DNA of 64,000 bases from Narcine bancroftii (lineage: Eukaryota), in the NCBI RefSeq assembly GCF_036971445.1, contig NC_091470.1, forward strand, positions 19,592,001 to 19,656,000, in the 5' to 3' direction. The translations under genes and the position numbers were made by a program. Under the pieces are notes generated by a model. It did no database searches. It was not told the DNA's origin and saw only the letters and a program-made list of their open reading frames with translations. Shown piece by piece: positions 55,705 to 64,000 of the stretch. Each line of letters opens with the position of its first letter. Position 1 is the stretch's first letter.

Positions 55705-58700
55705 ATGACACGTGCCCCAACGGGGTTCCATGGGTGGCCCAGGCACGTGCCCCAATGTTGTTCAATGGATGTCCCAGTGACGGGCCCCAAAGTGCTCCCT
55801 CAGGTGACTTGCATATTTGCCCCCAACGTGGTCCCATGGGTGACCCAGATACTTTCCCCAATGTGGTCCCATGGGTGACCCAGATACTTTCCCCAACGTG
55901 GTCCCATGGGTGACCCAGATACTTTCCCCAACGTAGTCCCATGGGTGACCCAGATACTCTCCCCAACGTGGTCCCATGGGTGACCCAGATACTTTCCCCA
56001 ATGTGGTCCCATGGGTGACCCAGATACTTTCCCCAACGTGGTCCCATGGGTGACCCAGATACTTTCCCCAACGTAGTCCCATGGGTGACCCAGATACTCT
56101 CCCCAACGTGCTCCCATGGGTGACCCAGATACTTTCCCCAATGTGGTCCCATGGGTGACCCAGATACTTTCTCCAATGTGGTCCCATGGGTGACCCAGAT
56201 ACTTTCCCCAATGTGGTCCCATGGGTGACCCAGATACTTTCCCCAACGTGGTCCCATGGGTGACCCAGATACTCTCCCCAACGTGCTCCCATGGGTGACC
56301 CAGATACTTTCCCCAATGTGGTCCCATGGGTGACCCAGATACTTTCCCCAACGTGGTCCCATGGGTGACCCAGATACTCTCCCCAATGTGCTCCCATGGG
56401 TGACCCAAATACTTTCCCCAATGTGCTCCCATGGGTGACCCAGATACTTTCCCCAATGTGGTCCCATGGGTGACCCAGATACTTTCCCCAATGTGGTCCC
56501 ATGGGTGACCCAGATACTTTCCCCAACGTGGTCCCATGGGTGACCCAGATACTTTCCCCAACGTGGTCCCATGGGTGACCCAGATACTTTCCCCAACGTG
56601 GTCCCATGGGTGACCCAGATACTCTCCCCAATGTGCTCCCATGGGTGACCCAAATACTTTCCCCAATGTGGTCCCATGGGTGACCCAGATACTTTCCCCA
56701 ATGTGGTCCCATGGGTGACCCAGATACTTTCCCCAATGTGGTCCCATGGGTGACCCAGATACTTTCCCCAACGTGGTCCCATGGGTGACCCAGATACTCT
56801 CCCCAACGTGCTCCCATGGGTGACCCAGATACTTTCCCCAATGTGGTCCCATGGGTGACCCAGATACTTTCCCCAATGTGGTCCCATGGGTGACCCAGAT
56901 ACTTTCCCCAACGTGGTCCCATGGGTGACCCAGATACTCTCCCCAACGTGCTCCCATGGGTGACCCAGATACTTTCCCCAATGTGGTCCCATGGGTGACC
57001 CAGATACTTTCCCCAACGTGGTCCCATGGGTGACCCAGATACTCTCCCCAACGTGCTCCCATGGGTGACCCAGATACTGTCCCCAATGTGGTCCCATGGG
57101 TGACCCAGATACTTTCACCAACGTAGTCCCATGGGTGACCCAGATACTCTCCCCAACGTGCTCCCATGGGTGACCCAGATACTTTCCCCAATGTGGTCCC
57201 ATGGGTGACCCAGATACTTTCCCCAATGTGGTCCCATGGGTGACCCAGATACTTTCCCCAATGTGGTCCCATGGGTGACCCAGATACTTTCCCCAACGTG
57301 GTCCCATGGGTGACCCAGATACTCTCCCCAACGTGCTCCCATGGGTGACCCAGATACTTTCCCCAATGTGGTCCCATGGGTGACCCAGATACTTTCCCCA
57401 ACGTGGTCCCATGGGTGACCCAGATACTCTCCCCAATGTGCTCCCATGGGTGACCCAAATACTTTCCCCAATGTGCTCCCATGGGTGACCCAGATACTTT
57501 CCCCAATGTGGTCCCATGGGTGACCCAGATACTTTCCCCAATGTGGTCCCATGGGTGACCCAGATACTTTCCCCAACGTGGTCCCATGGGTGACCCAGAT
57601 ACTCTCCCCAATGTGCTCCCATGGGTGACCCAAATACTTTCCCCAATGTGGTCCCATGGGTGACCCAGATACTTTCCCCAATGTGGTCCCATGGGTGACC
57701 CAGATACTTTCCCCAATGTGGTCCCATGGGTGACCCAGATACTTTCCCCAACGTGGTCCCATGGGTGACCCAGATACTCTCCCCAACGTGCTCCCATGGG
57801 TGACCCAGATACTTTCCCCAATGTGGTCCCATGGGTGACCCAGATACTTTCCCCAATGTGGTCCCATGGGTGACCCAGATACTTTCCCCAACGTGGACCC
57901 ATGGGTGACCCAGATACTCTCCCCAACGTGCTCCCATGGGTGTCCCAGATACTTTCCCCAATGTGGTCCCATGGGTGACCCAGATACTTTCCCCAACGTG
58001 GTCCCATGGGTGACCCAGATACTCTCCCCAACGTGCTCCCATGGGTGACCCAGATACTTTCCCCAATGTGGTCCCATGGGTGACCCAGATACTTTCCCCA
58101 ACGTAGTCCCATGGGTGACCCAGATACTCTCCCCAACGTGCTCCCATGGGTGACCCAGATACTTTCCCCAATGTGGTCCCATGGGTGACCCAGATACTTT
58201 CCCCAATGTGGTCCCATGGGTGACCCAGATACTTTCCCCAATGTGGTCCCATGGGTGACCCAGATACTTTCCCCAACGTGGTCCCATGGGTGACCCAGAT
58301 ACTCTCCCCAACGTGCTCCCATGGGTGACCCAGATACTTTCCCCAATGTGGTCCCATGGGTGACCCAGATACTTTCCCCAACGTGGTCCCATGGGTGACC
58401 CAGATACTCTCCCCAATGTGCTCCCATGGGTGACCCAAATACTTTCCCCAATGTGGTCCCATGGGTGACCCAGATACTTTCCCCAATGTGGTCCCATGGG
58501 TGACCCAGATACTTTCCCCAATGTGGTCCCATGGGTGACCCAGATACTTTCCCCAACGTGGTCCCATGGGTGACCCAGATACTCTCCCCAACGTGCTCCC
58601 ATGGGTGACCCAGATACTTTCCCCAATGTGGTCCCATGGGTGACCCAGATACTTTCCCCAACGTGGTCCCATGGGTGACCCAGATACTCTCCCCAACGTG

Positions 58701-59730
58701 CTCCCATGGGTGACCCAGATACTTTCCCCAATGTGGTCCCATGGGTGACCCAGATACTTTACCCAATGTGGTCCCATGGGTGACCCAGATACTTTCCCCA
58801 ACGTGGTCCCATGGGTGACCCAGATACTCTCCCCAACGTGCTCCCATGGGTGACCCAGATACTTTCCCCAATGTGGTCCCATGGGTGACCCAGATACTTT
58901 CCCCAACGTGGTCCCATGGGTGACCCAGATACTCTCCCCAATGTGCTCCCATGGGTGACCCAGATACTTTCCCCAATGTGCTCCCATGGGTGACCCAGAT
59001 ACTTTCCCCAATGTGGTCCCATGGGTGACCCAGATACTTTCCCCAGTGTGGTCCCATGGGTGACCCAGATACTTTCCCCAACGTGGTCCCATGGGTGACC
59101 CAGATACTTTCCCCAATGTGGTCCCATGGGTGACCCAGATACTTTCCCCAACGTGGTCCCATGGGTGACCCAGATACTTTCCCCAATGTGGTCCCATGGG
59201 TGACCCAGATACTCTCCCCAATGTGCTCCCATGGGTGACCCAGATACTTTCCCCAATGTGCTCCCATGGGTGACCCAGATACTTTCCCCAATGTGGTCCC
59301 ATGGGTGACCCAGATACTTTCCCCAATGTGGTCCCATAGGTGACTCAGATACTTTCCCCAATGTGGTCCCATGGGTGACCCAGATATTTGCCTCAACATG
59401 TTCCCATGAGTGACCCCATTCCAGACATGCCCCAAAGTTGTCCCATGGGTGACTCAGATCGTTGCCCCAACGTGGTCCATGGGTGACCATGATCAAGACA
59501 TGCCCCCAACATGGTGCCATGGGTAACCCAGATAATTGCCCAGATCAGGACACTTGCCCCAATGTGGTCCCATGAGTGTCCCTGAATCCTGCCCCCACAT
59601 GGTGCACGTAGGACCCCAATCCAGACATTTTCCGCAGGGCAGTCGCATGGGTCCCTGATCCAGACACTTTCCCCAGTGTGAACCCATGGGACCCCAATCT
59701 AGACACTTGCCCCAGTGTGAACAACAATAC
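55705..59730. repeat. 35-bp minisatellite, ~101 regular units (55851-59385) plus degenerate flanks
   Basis: Consensus ACTTTCCCCAAYGTGGTCCCATGGGTGACCCAGAT; exact 35-bp period with no indels seen in the core. Confidence 0.98.
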
Positions 59731-60489
59731 ATGACTATTGCAAGATGCTTTACAGGGGATTGAATGGTTACCCTTGCTTTTCTCACTTATCAAGATTGTC
59801 ACCAAGATTAAAGCCTATGAAATTATGAATTGGAGAGAAGAGTACAGTGAGATTTCACAGCAATCAATACAATATTAATAATTTGGATTTGTGTGTGCAG
59901 GCCTCTTTTTCTAAATATGCAATTGACACAACACTTGGATGTGCAATGAATCGTGAGAAGGAAATGGACAAGTTGATGGAATGGGTGAACATACAACTGA
60001 AATTTAATATCCAGTAACATGTCCTGATCTCCCCCATGGCCATTCCATCCCCCAACCCCACCATCGACTCTTCTTTTACTCATGCTACTTTTGAAAAGCA
60101 ACCAACATATTAAAAGATTCAGCCCACATTCCTTTCTCCCTCCTGCCAGGCAAAAAGATTCACAAGTATAAGATCTCCTTTCACCATATTCAAGGACTTT
60201 GCTCCTTACCAATAGATCTCTCTCCATAACTGCATTTTTGCACATACATCTCACCATGTATGAGATGTTTACTGATCTGCTTGTAAAACAAATTCTTTCA
60301 CTGTATCTTGGGGCATGTGGCAATAAACCTGAACACTATGCCAAAGAGTACAAATTGTTAAAATGGTTAACATGAACAGGTTATTTTATGTGCATCGTTC
60401 GTTGAAAATAACAGCAAATTGAAAAAGCTATTTAAAAAATATACAGGATCTTTTTTAATAGAGACATGGAGTGCAATAGAAAGAGTCAC

Positions 60490-61100
60490 AATAAACATAT
60501 ATGAAGCGCTCGCACGTGCAAATGGAGCATTGCGTCCAGTCCTCGGCACCTCACTTTGAGAGATGTAAGGTGTTGTGGAGAGTTAGAAGAGATTTACTAA
60601 AGTTAGATTCAAATTTATTGTCAGAGTACATGCATGGCATCACATATAACCCTGAGATTCTTTTTCCTGCAGGCTAGGCAGAATTACCACTTATTGGTAG
60701 TGCAAAAAAAAACTGTCTTTCTTTGGATGAGGTGTTTGCGTTAATGTGGATAGACTGGAGAAGCTAAAAATTCTTCATGGAACAGAGGAGTCTGCAAGAG
60801 AATGTGACCGGGGTGTTTAAAATTATGAAGGACATAGGCAAAGTAGATAGAGTGAAACTTTTCCTTTTGACTGAGGGATCAGAATTATAAAATGTGAAGA
60901 TAATTGGCACAAGTATCAAAAGTGACATGAGGTTTTTTTTCATTTGATGAATGGCTAGGTTATGGATGGTGGTGCAGACAGTTTCAGTTATTCTATACAA
61001 AAAGGAATTGATTAAGTGTCATAAAAGAGAGAATTTGTAGAGCTATGTGGAGAGAGCGGGGAATGGGAGTGGATGGTCTAATCTTGTATAAAGCTGCTAA
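60490..61100 (+). mobile_element. Old CR1 3' fragment (decayed, interrupted)
   Basis: Remnants resembling LEYCVQ.W.PH and VFKIMK..KV. Confidence 0.55.
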
Positions 61101-61211
61101 AGATTCAACCAGTGAATAGCTGTCTCCTGTACAATAATCATCCTGTGATCAGCCAGGTGCTTAAAAACCTCACCTATCAGACGAAGCAGTGATTCACTTA
61201 CACACCCTCCA

Positions 61212-62088
61212 GTATCAGCCAGCTCCCCACCATGACTACCAGCCCCCCCACATCTCCATCGGCAAACAAAACTCAAAACGGTCAACCAGTTTACCTATCT
61301 TGGCTGCACCATTTCATCGGATGCAAGGATCAACAACGAGATAGACAACAGACTCGCCAAGGCAAATAGCGCCTTTGGAAGACTACACAAAAGAGTGTGG
61401 AAAAACAACCAACTGAAAAACCTCACAAAGATTAGCGTATACAGAGTCGTTGTCATACCCACACTCCTGTTCGGCTCCGAATCATGGGTCCTCTACCGGC
61501 ATCACCTATAACTCCTAGAACGCTTCCACCAGCGTTGTCTCCGCTCCATCCTCAACATTCATTGGAGCGACTTCATCTCCAACATCGAAGTACTCGATAT
61601 GGCAGAGGCCGACAGCATCGAATCCACGCTGCTGAAGATCCAACTGCTCTGGGTAGGTCACGTCTCCAGAATGGAGGACCATCGCCTTCCCAAGATCGTG
61701 TTATATGGCGAGCTCTCCACTGGCCACTGAGACGGAGGTGCACCAAAGAAGAGGTACAAGGACTGCCTAAAGAAATCTCTTGATGCCTGCCACATTGACC
61801 ACCGCCAGTGGGCTGATATCGCCTCAAACCGTGCATCTTGGCGCCTCACAGTTCGGCAGACAGCAACCTCCTTTGAAGAAGACCGCAGAGCCCACCTCAC
61901 TGACAAAAGACAAAGGAGGAAAAACCCAACCCCCAACCCCAACCCACCAATTTTCCCTTGCAACCGCTGCAACCGTGTCTGCCTGTCCCACATCGGACTT
62001 GTCAGCCACAAACGAGCCTGCAGCTGACGTGGACATTTACCCCTCCATAAATCTTCGTCCGCAAAGCCAAGCCAAAGAAAAGAAAGAA
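61212..62088 (+). mobile_element. RTE-clade LINE 3' fragment
   Basis: HQPAPHHDYQPPHISIG..FTYLG..HKRACS; GCCAAAGAAAAGAAAGAA tail. Confidence 0.93.
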
Positions 62089-62543
62089 TTTGGTATTAAT
62101 CATTTGATCTCCTTTGTTTGGATGATGGCTTTGCAGAGCATCTGTGTTCACAGAAGTGACCCAGAACTTCACTTTAATTCTGCATCTAACATCCATTCTG
62201 ACCCATCTATCCGTAGCTTTCAGGGTGTAATGGTCCAATGTAAGCTTGAGAAACAACACCTCAGGTTCCACATGGATATTTTGTAGCCTTCGAGATCCAA
62301 TATCAAATTTAGCAACTTTCATATTTGCTTTATCTGTTTCTACCAGAACTGGCTTGTCCTATGTTAGTCATTCATCTGTAAAATTGACTCCATTTTTGCT
62401 TCCAATATAACAGCCTCACTGTTTTCACATGTTCCTTGTGATCTTTTTTCCTTCGTTTTCTTATCAGCCACATTGTTTAATCCTGTCAGAGATTTCATCT
62501 GTCCTATCCAATCCTTCTCTAAGCATTCTGCACTATACAAATA

Positions 62544-63990
62544 CTGTATATTTCAGTGGCTAAGGTGACCGTCAGATAAGACGAGACCAATTTCAGTCTG
62601 AATTTCATGGTTTTAGCTCTTATTGATGCTATAAGATGACCCCCCCCCCCAACATACCAGTACCATACGTGTGTTGTCTGAGCTGGTGTCGTGTTGACTG
62701 AGTTGGTGTAGCTGGGTGAATCACCGTCATGAAGTGATTCACAGTTCAGTCTATTGCTAGCTTCTATCTTAACCAGTTTTTAAAAATTTATCAAATTGTT
62801 ATCATGGAACCACCAGCAAAACAAAGAAAGTATGAAGCAAGTTTTAAGTTAAACGTCATTGAAGTGGCCAAGGAATATAACAACTCCTTCTGTAAGGACA
62901 TTAGACTTAACTGAGAGGATGGTAAGAGAGTGGAAAAAGAATAAAGATGTTTTAACAAAAATGCCAAAGAAACAATGTTCGATGAGAAGAGGAAGCACTC
63001 GTTGGCCAGAGTTGGAAAATTACATTGCAGAATGGGTACTCAAACAAATACAGGATTGCTACAGTTACAAGAAATAACATCAGACCATATGCACTGAAAT
63101 AGGCAAGGACAAAATGAGAACACAGTAGATATTTAAAGGTATAGTAGCTGCGCTGGGTCGGTCACGTCTCCAGAATGGAGGACCATCGCTTTCCCAAGAT
63201 CGTGTTATATGGCGAGCTCTCCACTGGCCACCGTGACAGATGTGCACCAAAGAAGAGGTACAAGGACTGCCTAAAGAAATCTCTTGGTGCCTGCCACATT
63301 GACCACCGCCAGTGGGCTGATATCGCCTCAAAGCGTGCATCTTGGCGCCTCACAGTTCGGCGGGCAGCAACCTCCTTTGAAGAAGACCGCAGAGCCCACC
63401 TCACTGACAAAAGGCAAAGGAGGAAAAACCCAACCCCAACCAACCAATTTTCCCCTGCAGCCGCTGCAACCGTGTCTGCCTGTCCCGCATCGGACTTGTC
63501 AGCCACAAACGAGCCTGCAGCTGACGTGGACTTTTACTCCCTCCATAAATCTTTGTCCGCGAAGCCAAGCCAAAGAGTAGGCTGGTGCAACCATTTTGTG
63601 AAAAAGAAAAATCTGAGACTGTAATAAAATTTTTCAAAAAATGCAGTATCTCTAGTCTAGTGCAATGGATGGTACGGAGGATGACTTATTGTGGAACACT
63701 CATGCCTAAGCCAACTCACCAGATTCATACTGGGACCCGTATGATGACATTGTAAACAGTGAGACTCCAGATGTGCTTGCCCAGTCCTTTGCCACAGACG
63801 ATGAAGCTAGTGATTTGCAAGGCTTTTAAATGTGTGTGGTGCTTTTTTTAATTTTACAATTCTTTTATTGGTTTAACACCATATTGGTAATGGATTTTAG
63901 TGCAAATTAAAAATTGTGTACATTACAGCAGCTTTTTTTAATATACCGGAAGCTTAAAAAATTGTTATAGGGTGGGGAGTGGGTGGGTTG
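62544..63990 (+). mobile_element. Decayed pogo/Tigger-like (Tc1-mariner) DNA transposon, internally deleted; right end uncertain
   Basis: TA followed by a CTGTATATTTC terminus; from ATG 62804, MEPPAKQRKYEASFKLNVIEVAKE (Brinker-like DBD), frameshift, then ERMVREWKK..RWPELENYIAEWV (CENP-B HTH). Confidence 0.7.
63147..63577 (+). mobile_element. RTE 3' fragment nested in the pogo-like element
   Basis: LRWVGHVSRMEDHRFPKIV ... GCGAAGCCAAGCCAAAGA terminus. Confidence 0.9.
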
Positions 63991-64000
63991 TAGAACCAAT

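Noticed and set aside
55105-55755. Pro/Arg/Ala-rich minus-strand ORFs over the CpG island
   Set aside because: GC-content artefacts overlapping the real SLIRP and ALKBH1 first exons.
55851-59385. CRISPR-like array (35-bp partly palindromic repeat)
   Set aside because: Units are directly adjacent with no unique spacers, there are no cas genes, and the context is a vertebrate intron; it is a minisatellite.
55679-59520. Very long minus-strand ORFs (1215, 1211, 538, 429 and 253 aa)
   Set aside because: The 35-bp unit lacks stop codons on the minus strand, so all three frames give the same 35-aa repeat. There is no promoter, splice or codon evidence for coding.
59730-64000. ALKBH1 exon 2
   Set aside because: No convincing matching peptide with splice sites; the region is mostly TE-derived, so the exon probably lies beyond the window.

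Overview
This is eukaryotic (vertebrate) genomic DNA; the repeat families suggest a cartilaginous fish such as a ray or skate (inference). It holds the complete 14-exon SNW1/SKIP gene on + (CDS 16803-47557, 537 aa) and the complete 4-exon SLIRP gene on - (CDS 55255-47844, 104 aa), tail-to-tail with SNW1 and probably overlapping its 3' UTR. It also holds exon 1 of ALKBH1 on + (55540-55671), which shares a CpG-island bidirectional promoter with SLIRP. Exons were read by hand; all introns are GT-AG and frame-consistent. The rest is mostly transposon-derived: CR1, RTE, Rex/L2-like, L1-like and Penelope-like retroelements, two solo LTRs, hAT, Harbinger-like and pogo DNA elements, tRNA SINEs and a 5S-derived element. 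The most notable items are (i) a hAT element whose interior is replaced by foreign mosaic GC-rich cargo (Pack-type), (ii) a ~101-copy 35-bp minisatellite with ~1-kb higher-order structure in ALKBH1 intron 1, (iii) the SLIRP last exon lying antisense inside the predicted SNW1 3' UTR, (iv) a candidate divergent spliced transcript from the SNW1 promoter, (v) a duplicated SNW1 splice donor and (vi) a candidate 5S-derived SINE. I found no CRISPR or prokaryotic system. Gene and repeat family names come from recognising motifs, not from database searches.
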